Of a stretch of 64,000 nt of DNA, positions 22,301 to 36,000 are shown piece by piece. The notes under the pieces were generated by a model. It ran no database searches and was not told the origin of the DNA. It worked only from the letters and a program-made list of their open reading frames with translations. Numbering within the stretch: the stretch's first letter is position 1; each line of letters starts with the position of its first letter. Both the position numbers and the translations under genes were made by a program. Origin of the DNA: Azolla caroliniana (Eukaryota; Plantae; Polypodiophyta). The DNA lies in contig JBHGNT010000001.1 of NCBI GenBank assembly GCA_043228905.1, positions 33,418,001 through 33,482,000 on the forward strand, read 5' to 3'.

Positions 22301-23532
22301 AAGCACAATAATTATACCAAACCCCGCTGTGAAAAGAATACTACCTAACTTTCTGTATGATGACTATTGCGCAGATAATCAAGAAGCCAAACAGCTTAAT
22401 TTATTTTGGTAGTTAACACTATAAAGTTAGCTGGGATAAAAGTTACATCCCAACCCTGTCAACATCACCTTCGCAACTTTAGTACAAAGGTGACTTCAAA
22501 AGCAGCATAAGTTTTCAGCTGAGGGAGCACACAGTAAAGTATATTATTGAGTTCACAATGAAGCTTCATTGTCAGTCTGCATCTTACTCATTTTAAATAA
22601 CAACAGTACATCTTCTCAGCAAATTCCTTAAAATCAATTGCAAAATACCAATGCCATGATCATGTGAGGTTTCCCCTCCAATAAACACTCTGTATTGCAT
22701 GTATGGAAAAATAGCTTTTCGTACTTTTTAGTCATCCACATTAAATGAGGCAATGAAATCCAGCAAGCTTCTTAACATTAAGCAGATGAGGCAATAATTC
22801 TGGCAAGGTTACGAGGGACATTGAAATCCAGCAATATGCTAGCGTAAATTGCAAGAAAATATCCCATGAGCTGAATCCTGAAATACTCAAAAGAGACATC
22901 GTTTACCAAAAAATTTGTTTACTTAACTATAATGTTTCCTGAAAATGTTTCTAATAAACTGGGAAGTACAGCATCACTTTTGACTTTGAATATAATATTT
23001 TATTGGATAAATACCTTACATAAGAGCATTCAAGATATTTTTTAGGAATGTCCCAAACCACAAAGTTTACAAAGTTTTCTTGAAGATATTTTGGGGGCTA
23101 AATACTGGTTATTATGAGTTCATATGTCCTCTCAGTTATATTTCAGGTGAATCGAAAAAATTACAGAGATCCAATCCGCATGGTGCTGAGTGGCTTTTTA
23201 AAGATGTACGAAATATAGAAAAATCTTACATGAAATCATAATCTGTTTTAACTCCATAAGCTTGAGATTTCCCTCATGAAGCTGCAATCCTGGAAACCAT
23301 GCGATATAGTGTGCACTGCAACATAAAAATGAGCCTAGGGCCTAAAAGGTTCATTATATAGGCTGGAGTCTTCTTGATGTTAAAATTGACCTTCTCACAA
23401 AACTAGTTGACGAGAAAATTAACAAAAAACTTAACCCCCTCAGAAAAACCAAATGAAAAGAATTAGATGATCTAAAACCATAGTTCTAACAATAGTTCAT
23501 ACACCATAGCAAGAAATGAAACTGTTGAATTA

Positions 23533-24301
23533 AAAAAAACAAAATCAAGGCATGGCTCCAAAATGCTAGTTAAGTCACAACGAGCAAGAGTAGGTGTAGG
23601 CTCATAAATTAGCTAATGAAAGAGGCTTTAATCTAATCTGGAAAAATTTTAAACAGGAAAATATAAAAAACTAATTAACAAAAGAGAAAAGTGAAACCTC
23701 ACAGTTAAATTAATATGCATGAAAACAACACAGCCGTGTGATACATATGATAAACCATGAAGTTCAACCAACTCATGATTATCAACAATGCAGCCTATGA
23801 AGCTAAGCAAAAGTGTTTGCGAAAAGATCCAAATCTCTGCTTCATAACACCAAAGTTTCATTGTCAGTAATAAGAATGGAATTTGTACTGACTCCAAAAG
23901 TTCAATAAAGATTGAAAAAAACAAAATCAAGCCATGGCTCCAAACATGCTAGTTAGGTCACAACGAGCAAGAGTAGGTGTAGGCTCATAAATTAGCTAAT
24001 GAAAGAGGCTTCAATCTAATCTGGAAAAATTTTGAACAGGAAAATATAAAAAACTAATGAACAAAAGAGAAAAGCGAAACCTCACAATTAAATTAATATG
24101 CATGAAAACAACACAGACTTGTGATACATATGATAAACCATGAAGTTCAACCAACTCATGATTATCAACAGTCCAGCCTATGAAGCTAATCAAAAGTGTT
24201 TGCGAAAAGATCCAAATCTCTGCTTCATAACACCAAAGTTTCATTGTCAGTAATAAGAATGGAATTTGTACTGACTCCAAAAGTTCAATAAAGATTGAAA
24301 A
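23533..24301. repeat. Tandem duplication of a ~382-bp unit
   Basis: CAAAATCAAG at 23540 and 23922. Near-identical sequence continues to AAGATTGAAAA at the end of each copy. Confidence 0.95.
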
Positions 24302-27300
24302 CTGACAAATGTAAGAAGCAATCTCCTTGACTAATAACTTGAAAGGCAGTTGTGATTGCAAAAACAACCCTTCTATTGCATGGCGCACATAACTACATGC
24401 AGTATATACAGTACATCTACAACAGTACACCATATACTACACAAATCATGTGAAATTAAAACATGGAAGTAAATAGGGAATCTAGCATCATTCTACTTTT
24501 GTGGTTTCTGGCAACCAGCAAGAGAAATCTACAAAAAATGAACATCATACCAGCAGAAGAAAAGAGAGCGGTCCTGAAGGAACATTTGCAGAAATATCTA
24601 TCATTCCCCATAATGAAGTACTTCCCTACAATCAAAGTCATTTACAATAACTGGCAGACAGATGAATACCATCTAGTTCACAGTCTATTTCAAAACAACT
24701 AACCAAGCGCGGTTCCACAACCCTGTCCACTCTGCAATTAACTTACGAAACTAAAATACCGGTGTAAATCTAAAGCTAAAATTATTGACTGCATAAGAGG
24801 TTGGTTGACAGATTTTCTAGTGTGACGGTTCAAGGGAACAGCTCATACACCTTCAACATACTGGCTATGTCTTGCTAGTCCTGTCTTCTACAAGAATAAA
24901 GAATCAAACATGACTTGCGACATAATTCAGATTCCTAAACACATCAACAACAGGGATTAGGAGTAGGACAGAAAAAATGATATATTAGGTTAAGTATATA
25001 GACGCATGGAAATACTGCAGTTGAAGCGGAGAGTTTGAAAGAATGTTTGTTTATTCCTTATTCTTAACTTTAAGATGACGAAGCTCCAGTACATCCAGTA
25101 GTAAAACCCAATGGCCAGCATTGATAATCACAAAACCCCATTATAACATTGCCTTGTAAGTTCCATTCCAAAAGCCCTATTTGCAAAGATGATTGGTTGA
25201 AACAAAAATCACGCATTCTACATTCAAGTTAGTTAAAGAATAAATAGGATAAATATAATGCTTAGAAGGCTTGAGAATACAAAATTTTCATGTAGACCGT
25301 TGGGATCGTAAGCAGTATAGCAATAAAGGATCATATAACTTGGAGACATGGAAAACATAACAGAAAATACAGCCTTATCAGTGTTCATTCAAAATTTATG
25401 TTTTTCTATACAGATGAAAAGTTGTCCCTATACAGAAGGATGTCTTAGACTGAACCTCTATAAGACTTTTCTATTAACCCAACGCCATACTCCATAATAA
25501 AATCTCACATTTCAGTTTCAATTCATTCAATTCTGGGGATGGTCTTCTTCGCCAACTTACCCACTTCATGCAACATATCCTACACCTTCACCTTAACAAC
25601 CATTTCAACATAATATCTATAAATCCAGGCCTACATGCTGTAGTCTATTTTCATCTATATATGTGCAATACAAGATGCAGTCATTACATTGATTCTTTGC
25701 AAACAGAATTCAAATAATGGATGTAAGATTTTGAGTGTGGTATTACCAGGAATTGGGGTCAATTGCTAATAGCTACGAGCAATTTTATTAAAGATATGCT
25801 TAGCTTTCAGCCAAACCAACTAACCAGGAGATGGAACACCACCCACACCAGTGAAAAAACATTCATGATGATTGCGTCAACCTTAAAAATGGCATCACAG
25901 GCTTTATATCTCCAATTTCAGAAACAAAATCCAAGATTTAAGTTTAGGCACATTCAAACCCACAAGAAAACAAAATTCTCATTGACTGACTCAATGTCAA
26001 CATGGAAGGCAGTAAAGCTCCATTTTGGAAATAGTGGATGCACATTTTGAAGTACATCATTCAAAAAATGCTTTGAATTGGAGGACTATCCAAGCAAATA
26101 GAATACTCAATATGCATGAAATTAATGTATCTAAACATTGTCTCCACTCAAAACAAGATTAGATTTATTGCAATATGAAGCACATTCCTTTTGATGAGGA
26201 TGGTGTAAAAATGGTATTTCTGATAACACTTTCACAAATAAAAAGACTAAGGAGAAAAAAGACTGGATAAAATAAGGGAGCATGTAGCCAGACAGGTATA
26301 TACAAGCAATGTCTAGCCGTTCGGTTGCCACAACGCAATATTTAGTTTAATGCAATATAAAGCACATTCTTTTTTAATCTGAATGGTGTAAAAGTTGTAC
26401 ACTTTTAAATGGACAGGCTAATACAATTTCCAGAAGGAAAAAGAAAATGAAGAAAAGGGAGCTGGGAGGAAATAAACATATATACCCACAAGTATTTACA
26501 TGCAAAACAAAAGATACAGCATGTATATTAATTATCTACCCAATACAAGCAATGAATAACACATAAAAGGGGAACTTGATATAAGCATGTCCTTAACATC
26601 TGACAAAGCATGTCTCTCACACTTGTATTGTGATACAACTTACATGTTATAATGCTGTGCTAATAATAACATTGACGAGACTGTATTATCGTTCCTAAAT
26701 CTTTATGATATGAGAAATCAGCAATTAACAGAACACTTCATGTTCACGTTTGGGGTGGCCAAGAAAACTACTTTAGTTACTCTTCCTGATTGTGGCCTCT
26801 TTATGGTTAATAAAGCCATAGATTATCCACATAGAAATGACTGGAATTTCTGTACGCTTGATCAAGTTGCCAACTAAGAACATACAGATCTGTGCATTTT
26901 AACATATACATTCTATAATAATGCAGATAGATAGTAACCTGAAGTTCCAGCATGCTATGACATGCAACCAGTATACCAAGACATGAAGCCATCACCTGTA
27001 CTACATTTAGCTTTATAAGTACATCTTCTGTCTCTAATAGGAAAGGGATAAAGTTTCTATCAGTTCTCTTGTCATGTGGAATTAACAAATTTACTACATT
27101 ACTTAGTTACCTCTCTTGGAAAATGGCTTAACCCAGACATTTCTCCAAGGTTTCGGTTAAGGGTCCCAGCACCACCACAGTGAATTGGAATATACATGCT
27201 GATCACAATTCTAACAGCTCTCGAGTATACTCTAGGCCTCTGAAACATAGACTGACATGAATTGAATTTTCAGATGACATGAATTGAAGTGAGTATGTTG

Positions 27301-28254
27301 GCAAGGTTTTGCCTAAGGGTCCCAGACTTGGAATTTACATACTGTTGTGCACAACTTTAACAGCTCTAGTGAATACAAGAATACTCTAGGCCTTGGGCAT
27401 CTGAAACATAGAATGATTTATATGAGTTAGATTGGATTTTCCGTTGACATGAATTGAAGTGAGTATGTTGTCCATAACTATCTCCCACTGGTAGAGTTAC
27501 TATGCACAACCTTAAGAATTTCTGTGAGTTAAATTATCTACCGCATAAAACTTTATATAGTATGTCACTAATTCATGTTCATGTCAACTCTTAGACTTTT
27601 CAAAAGTCCCTAATATTTCAAATTTTAACAGCCATCTGAATGGGGGAACTAAGATAGGCAGTTTCACACAGACTTGTATGCAACTCCTAGGACCATTGGA
27701 AAAATATAGCTCAGATGATATCAAAAAGTATATGCAAGATTTGAATTTTTAAAAGTCAAGAACAATGAAAAATAAATCATCTGTAACATTTTTATACTAG
27801 AAATTGTCATTATAGACAGAACCTTAAAAACATTAACAAGACCATTTCGTAACTTTTGCCACTAGAATCAAATAACAAGTTAATTTATCAACGTTACAAC
27901 TTTGTAAGGCTATAGCAACATACCCACTACTATCCCCAAAATAGTGTATCACGTCGCCACAATTAGAAACAGTATACATGACAGAAGAAGTATCATCCAA
28001 GCTGGAGAACCTGCATTTTTCACTCAATTGGAAATGCATTCTAATCTTTTATCTATCATGATGATATACTACTAGGATAAAACAAAAGACAAAACAGATT
28101 CAAATATGTATGCCACATTTCTGAGATTTAGCGGACATTGCATATCATCGATCAGACATTGAAAGTCAGAAATCTGCAAAAGAGAATGGAACTTCAAGAA
28201 TTGTAACAAAAGAAACAGCTCCATTTTTGCTGCAAAAAAAATGCATACATGGAA

Positions 28255-29528
28255 TCACTTGCGGCCATGAGGAACACTACCACGCTGTGCCGCCTCATAC
28301 GCATTCCAAGATGATACTGGTCCAGCACCATAATTGACTCCACCGTCAACAGTTGAACCAATCTGGATAAATGAAATTGTTCAGAAAATTAAAAGAAAAA
28401 ACAAAATTGTAGAGAAAAAACTTCAGCGAACAAACAAACAAGTAACATCAAAAGACAAAATTTTAAGCCAACCTGCCCCATGCCATATCCATCTGCATAA
28501 GAAGGCACTGAGGAGTATCCAGACTCAGGACCATAAGCACCACCATACGAACCAGCTGATTGACAAGGTAAAAATACATCTAAAACTTGTGATTTATAGT
28601 TCATTACAATAACTTTCATATCATTATTTATTCCATAGTTTGGACAATAACCATCCTATATCATATGTGATACATACCACGAAATTTCTTCTCTGTGTTT
28701 GTCAGCTCTGCCCTCAACTTCTCTACTTCTCTCGCCATAGATACAAGATTCTTCTCCATTGCAGTTCTCTGCTCCAATAATTCAGCATTGGCATTCTTTT
28801 CATACTCGAATGCATTCCTGCTATCCATTAGCACATTAGCATTGCTCATTGGAGTTTCCAACTTCTGGCCACAAGGAATGACAACTGAGAGGAATAATTT
28901 AATAACCAACAGCTATACCATCTTTCTTCCACATAAAGAAAACAACCGAACTTATATATTTTTCGTACCTCACGCGCTGAATCTCTTGTCGGAGTGTCTC
29001 AACTTCTGCTTTCATGGCAGGAAGCTGCTGGGTATCACCTTTGCTCCGCTGCAGCTCCTGAGAAAGCTGCTGAACCTGCCCACTCAGCTCTTGCCGGCTC
29101 AGGAAAAGCTTCTGTATATCAGCATGAGATTTCTGCAAGTCGAGCTTAAGCGGCTCAATAGCACGTAGCTCTGCCTCCATTTTGGCTGCCTTCTCTGTGA
29201 TCCCCCTGAATTGCTGCTCTCTCTCGACCTGAACACCAGCAAGGACTTGCTGGAGGCGCTGCATCTCCTGCTGAGCAGAAGCGAGCTCTTGCCTGAGGGC
29301 AACGTGGGTTGCAGCTAGCCTCTGGTTTTCAGTCAGAAGCCTTTGAATCTCTACATGCTGCATGGCAAGCTTCTCCTCCACCATTGCAGCAGTCGGTGGG
29401 AGAATATCAAACCCTGGCCTTGCTCCTGATCCAAAGACTCCACCACCACCACGCAGAGCTCCAGGACCTCCCCCAACGGGCCCACGGCCAGGTAGCATTG
29501 GAGGAGGGAGCCTTCCTCTACCTGCCAT
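28255..29528 (-). CDS. FLXL: FLX-like (FLC EXPRESSOR-like) coiled-coil protein; coding exons 29528-28969, 28817-28678, 28555-28473, 28362-28255
   Basis: [45 protein letters not shown] and [24 protein letters not shown] are FLX-family signatures. Gly/Tyr-rich tail. All GT-AG junctions are phase-consistent. 5'UTR intron acceptor at 29541; 3'UTR intron at 28248-28011. Confidence 0.92.
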
Positions 29529-30319
29529 CTTTACTTCAACCTGAAAGCAAAGAAACTCCTACATTAAAAAGCTAAACTTTCTTCTAAGACATGTCTTATG
29601 GAAGACAATGTTTACTGAAGTAAAAAACACAGACCAAAAATTTATTAACCTTTGATGTGTATGGGGTAACAAATTTCAATATTGGAGGCATTCCCTAAGT
29701 AGCAGGAGGTTCTTGCCATTGGGGAAGGCGGGAATCATAAAGAGAAGAATGCATAATGCTTAATTAAACTTGGATGAAAGATCAGAAAGCAGGCAACAAA
29801 CCCATATAATCAACCTTGGGAAAGAATTTCCAATTCCTTGAACTCAACAAGCAAACATGATTGAAAATTTTAGACTTTCCCTTCACAGGAAATTGCAATT
29901 GAAATAACCGTAAGGCATGAAACCTAGACTTGTACAAAAATAAAAATAAAAACAGATAAATCTTGCAAAGTGCTCACTAAGCGAAAGCAGAAAATCGACA
30001 AAAAAACATTAGCAGAAGGAGAAAAAATGCTATGAAACACACAAAAAATACCAATAAAATCATGCAAAATCATTGCCTTTTGAAAATAAAGCAGAAATCA
30101 GAGAGGAAGCCATGAAAGTATTTCACGTACAACAGGACGAAATGTATAGTTCTCTCAAACCTTTCAAAAAGGAAGGGAAGGATCTTGATATGAAACCCTT
30201 GCAGAAGAAGAAGAAAAGAAGCCATGAAAGTATTCATTCAAAGTAAGAACGTGAGTGTCTGATATATAAAAAGAAGAATGTGACAGAAAACCATGAAAGG
30301 ATTCTTACATACAAAAGAA

Positions 30320-30600
30320 ATGGAAAATATACAGATTGTTTTACCTTCGAGAAGATTATGCCGAAGCAGAGGAAGATGAATGAGGTCGAAAATGAACCTT
30401 TGAAAGGGAAGAAGAGGCTCTTCAGCGTGATACGAGATCGACAGAAGCAGAGAAGGGAGAAATAGGAAATATGCAGATTGTTTTACCTTCGAAAAGACGA
30501 AGCCGAAGCCGAAGCCGAAGCAGAGGAGGATGAATGAGGTCGAAATGAACTGCTGAGGAGGAAGAAGAGTCTCGTCTGGATGACACAAGATCGAGGAGAA
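30320..30600 (-). repeat. ~142-bp duplication of the FLX-like non-coding first exon/donor (GAAG|GTAAAA at 30486 and 30344)
   Basis: CAGATTGTTTTACCTTCGA...GCCGAAGCAGAGGA.GATGAATGAGGTCGAAA occurs twice. A telo-box (TTAGGGTTT on +) lies at ~30620. Confidence 0.75.
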
Positions 30601-33086
30601 GCAGAGAACAGCAGAAGAATTAGGGTTTGGCTTGAGAGGGGGAGGGGGAGGGGGAGGGGGCTAGAAGGAAGAAGCCATTGATTTTTTGACTAACAGCTGA
30701 AAAAAGAGAGACAAAACGATAAGAGAGGTGTGATAAGTTGGCTTGTTGTCTCCATGTGGGTGATAAGTTCTCTTCCCCCACCATATGTGATAAGCGTGAT
30801 AAGTTGTAGTCCTCTCCTTCTCTCCGAGATTGATAAGCTCTCCTACCTATCTATCTACATATGTGCATATCTATGGTATCTATGGCCGTTTGGCTTATCT
30901 TGGGAAGAAAACACTCAATTAACAGCCTCATCCAAGTCATCCATGGCTCGAAGCTCGTGCAGGAAATTAGGAGCACTCCCTAACCGTTGCATTAGAGGAG
31001 TGATATGTTTGAGTGAGATTTTCATGGTGTATGTTTCTCTTCAACCGTTTTCGATCCTCCCAACAAACAACAGATCGAGATTCAAGATTCAAGATTCAAG
31101 AATAAGAGCAAATATGGACCATATATATATGGAGGGGGAGAGAGAGCCCGAACTTGTCATGCCATGGGTTCCTTGTTGAGTCTCTCCACCAATCGATCAT
31201 GGATGCTTGGATCGATTGTTGAGTCAATTTAGTTGCTCAACCAATATTGTCTTTCTAGAAAAATACAAGTTTGGCTAATCCTCACGTTTGTTTTGGTCTC
31301 ATATGCATGGATCCCATGCGTGAAACTCGTTTCCCAAATATATTTGTCCAAAGTTTTACATTCTGGAAACTAGAACAAAGAGAAAACTAAAAAGTGAATT
31401 GAAAGTGTTGATGTCATGTTGGCCATGTATCACAAAAAATCCAATGTGTGAGCAAGTTGGATGACCAAAGGCTTTGCAAGCTCCATATTTATTGTAGTTA
31501 ATTGTTGGAATGTTCTCGATTAAAACCCTTGGATTATTTACTAGGGGTATTTACTAGTTGGTCAATGATGGAATAACGAAGTCTTCTTAATACTCTTTCT
31601 TCTTTTCTTAACTTGAAATATATAAAAAAATGGCTTTCTATCATCCATGGTGCCATGACTTGTTAGGAATGGAATCCCAACAGTCACATGTCATAAGTTG
31701 TTTTGATAGCATGTCATACTAGGTTGTCTTGATAACATTATAAGGCGTGCCTAAAAGTGATAAGTTGTCTTCATGACAAGAAAAGCTAGCATGAAGTAAA
31801 TTCTCAATGCTTAATTCCCAGGAAACAAAATCCAATACAAATGCATACAAATTGGTTTAAAACCTATAGAACTATGATAATGTGCTTTAATTTCATGCAT
31901 AACAAGGTAACTCAAGCAATGACTTGTCCCAACACAAAAGTTCAAATATTCAACCTTAGTTTCACTTTGGGTGTCAATTTGTGTGTGGTGCACAACACCA
32001 TAGCTACATCCAAACCCTACAAGAAGAGTTATTTATTTGTTTGCGCATTAAGTTGTGCATTCAAGGCATTCCTCACACTAGTTGCGTGACAATTATGGAT
32101 CAAAGTTTCTCTTGAATTATAGCTATCTATAAATTTTATCTTAGTGTGGTATCTATAAATTTTACCCAAGTAAGAAGTATAATCGATAGGATTATGTTGA
32201 AAAATGTGGATTGCAAGTTATTTGGGGATATTATATGTGAAATTTTTTTGACCCATGTTTAGGCAGATTATGCAATCATGTTGCCCTAAATGGAATTGTA
32301 GCATGCTTTCTCACCAGGAATCCTGTTGACAAACAATCAACACAAATATCCAAACATAGTCACTATATATTTGCCCTTGGTGTCTATGCTATGCATTCCA
32401 AAAGCACATTTATATATTACCAGGTTTTTTATCATTCTCCCCGATAGAGATAGGTTGGCGGGTTATTTTGTATAGCTTCACTATGAACTTGGTTGTAATA
32501 GAAGAACTTTGCAAGGTTCTTGAAAGGGTTAACTTCAAGAGACATAGGGTTTCTTATGAGATAAAAGGTGTAACGCTTGTGTTGCTCCCAAGACCTAAGC
32601 GATTAAAGCAAAGAAAAACCTCAACCAAATCCTCGCTAAGTCGGAGAAAAATAACCAAAAATGTTAATAAAAAGGCACATGAATGACATGGCTGACAACT
32701 GAAATTCATTGTGAACTTTGTATGATCACATGTAAGATTAAGAGCAAATTTAGGAAGGCATCATCATATCTGTCTTCTTACTTCTCCAATAAACTTCAAG
32801 GTTAATTTCTAGCTATTTCTAGCTATTTTTGCCAAGGAGTGTGAGTTGTCCATATTTACATGTATGATCAAGATAAAGTCTGATAAGGTATGATGTGAAC
32901 ATGATGATACAACCAAAAAGCTAAACTGATTGAACAGGCACACAAATCACTGATTTAAAAAGTTCCAATTGATCAAGCAAGATGTAATCCATGAACTGTT
33001 ACCATATTTGTGGCTCACTTTTACCATTTGCTAACTTGAAAACTCCTTGTCAGAGAATAGTAGTGTTTGAAAAAAGGCATCAAGGA

Positions 33087-36000
33087 TCACGCAGTTACTT
33101 CTTGGAATTCGGCAGTTGACAACTCTGCCATCTCTTCCTCGATAACCTTTGTTTCCAAATCGATAAATTCGTTTGATTTGCTTGCGAGATGAGAAATACT
33201 TACCCTCCCCCGTGATTTTATATAGTCTGCAACAGCCTTCATTTCGTCCAAGGAGATATAGATGAATTTACCTCTATCATCCATTACACCCGACAAGCGA
33301 TCTTCATAAAACCCAGAGCAGAGTATATCATAAAACACTTAAAATTAAGGAAACCATAGACGAAGTTTCATGAAAAATTCAAGGGCTAGCTCACCCATTT
33401 TCTCAAGGGATAAAATTCTCGCAATCGCATCCTGGAGTAACAACAAAACATATCAACGACAATATATAATGCAAAAACCAGGCTCTAATTTGACAAAGAA
33501 ATACAAATTCACTTGCCTGCGTTCGGAGATGGAACTCAGCTGCAAGATCCTCCAATTGTACACACTTGTGCTTCTGCATGATAAACGTCTTAGCACATCA
33601 CAGTATGCTCAATTCAAAGGTTACTGTTTAATACCGAAATGATCTGAGATTAAGAAAGATAGCTCGCAGTGGCACCATGACTAAGAAGATTATACACAAC
33701 AGGAATCCATTTATTTCATGTACATTCAACCAGCTGAAGCCGAAGCCGAAGCCAAAAGATTTAATGTTCATACAAATGAAAAGCATCCACATTCTATCAT
33801 TCAGATTTGTTTTAGACTTCTCTATAAGTTGCTTGTGGAAATCATTCACATATATATTCATCCAGCTAAAGCTGAAAGATCTGTTGTTCATACAAATGAA
33901 AAGAATCCACATTTTGTCGTTCAGATTTGTGAGATTTCTCTATAACTTGGTTGATGACCGTTCTTGTCACAAATCCTGAACTATGTTGGAAAATTACTAA
34001 AAACATCCCCACTTTGGGGTAATATGAAAAGTACACCTCTTAGTTCAGAAAAACATCAATCACTATTCTTCGTAAAATACAAAGAATACAATTCATATAC
34101 AGTACAGGAAATATCTAGATGTTATTATGATTATGTACAAGGAGAAATCAGTGAAAGGAGGTGGCAAGCCTCAACCCAAACAAAAGTAGCCTGAGCTGAG
34201 GCACTTCTACATTTCATACCATGTAAAGTCATACTCTTCCTAAAGTGATTAAGAACCTCTAGACAAGAAGGAAGTGCCCTATTGGCTGGATAGACCTTGA
34301 TAATTCTTGCTTCTGTGTTCAGACCATTTCCAACAAGATGGCCATCCACAAACAAATGGGCCTAATCAACTCCCTTGCTATAAATGTATATATTTGATTC
34401 TTTCTATGCTTTCTTAATTAACACACCCTTACCATGTAGCCCCACAAAACGTTACCCAAATACTTTATCCGAAAGTATTTGAATTGACAAGGATTCATGT
34501 CACACCTGTAAAACTAAATGTTCAAATGTGCTCTGAATGGTAACTTACTTTGACTCCTTTGTACTAATTCTATATTTACCCTAATAAACATAATTCACTA
34601 ATTTAAACAACTGGGAGGTGTAATTTCACCCAGACATATACCCTCTACATGCTTCAAATTTAATTGATAAACATTTTGGGTTAACACATGTAGTTAGAAG
34701 AATGCAGTCCTAATACAATTGATCCAAACGTACCTTTATGTACTGCACAAAATCATCCAACAAGCCACGAGATTCATCTTGTGAGTCTTCCATGGTTCCC
34801 TCATTGTCAACTGTGAAAGCATCTTTCCATTTGTCAAATTCTGCTTTTTCAGCCTCCTCTTCCTTCATCTTTTGTATCCTTGCTTCTTCTTCCTTGAATA
34901 TGAATAAGTAAAAAAAGAATAGGATATTTCAACATACACTTTTCTCTTGATTTACTGGATCAATTAAAACATTTGGATACCTATTTGATATCAGGGAAAC
35001 ACAATAAGAATACCCCCAAATGTTGAACATTTACCACAATACCTCAAAGTTTCCAAAAAGGTACTACATCAGGGTAATGGGGTAAATTTGGAAGTTTGTG
35101 AGTATTCTCTGACTACACAACAAGATGGGTATTTTTGGTGTTTCCCTTGAAATAACATGCCTTTCTTAGTTCTTCAGCTTCTCTTTCCTCATCTTTCCGG
35201 CGCCGCATCTCAGAATATCGGTCTTGCTTTTGCTTTCTTAAATCTCGAGATGCATCTTCAGCCTGCATACGTTAAAGAGGAATAATCAGCATATATATTT
35301 CCACAAAGTACCCTGCTTAACCTTTCAGAGAAATAAGCTAACTTGTCTCCGAGCTTCCTTGTCTTGCTTTTTCGATTCCTTTTTCTTTGAATTTTTTGCG
35401 GCATAATAGGCTGCTTGCACCTCTTCCTCTTCTGCTTCATCATCTTGATCTTGATGAGCTTTATTGAAAATGGTTCTTAGATGAGTATCAATAATGCAAA
35501 GGAAGGTAATTATAAATAATGAATGAAACAAAGTAATTATATTATATACCAGCCATTGAAGAAGAAGAAGCCTCATCCACATTTCTTCTCCTCATCCGGC
35601 GGGCACCCACTTGATGTGGAACTTGTCGGGTTTCCATAGCCACAACATCCTGAATGCATGAGGAAGTATTTCATCAATAGATGAAAGTAGAAAGATGAAG
35701 GAAAATGCCATCACACACAAGAAGAGAAAAGATGCTAGCTAAGGCGAGTAGAAAGCTGTAACATGCATAAAAGTTACATATCAATTATAAACGACCATAT
35801 CATGTGCATATGTATAACCTTAGACACAACAATATTGTTAGAGAGATAAGCCCAGGAGTATCTACATGACCTTATCCATGCACAATTGTGGATAAATATG
35901 GCCTGAACTATTGACACAAGGCTTAGGGTTTATGAATACTCCTTCATTCTACTCACTTTCCTCTCTATTGGGAGTTTGCCCCTCCATTCTTGTGCTGGTG

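Noticed and set aside
23649-24433. Two similar hydrophobic ORFs that look like paralogous small genes
   Set aside because: They arise from the 382-bp tandem duplication, have no ATG start and show no recognisable domain.
28695-29575. Plus-strand ORFs overlapping the FLX-like gene
   Set aside because: Antisense shadows of coding exons.
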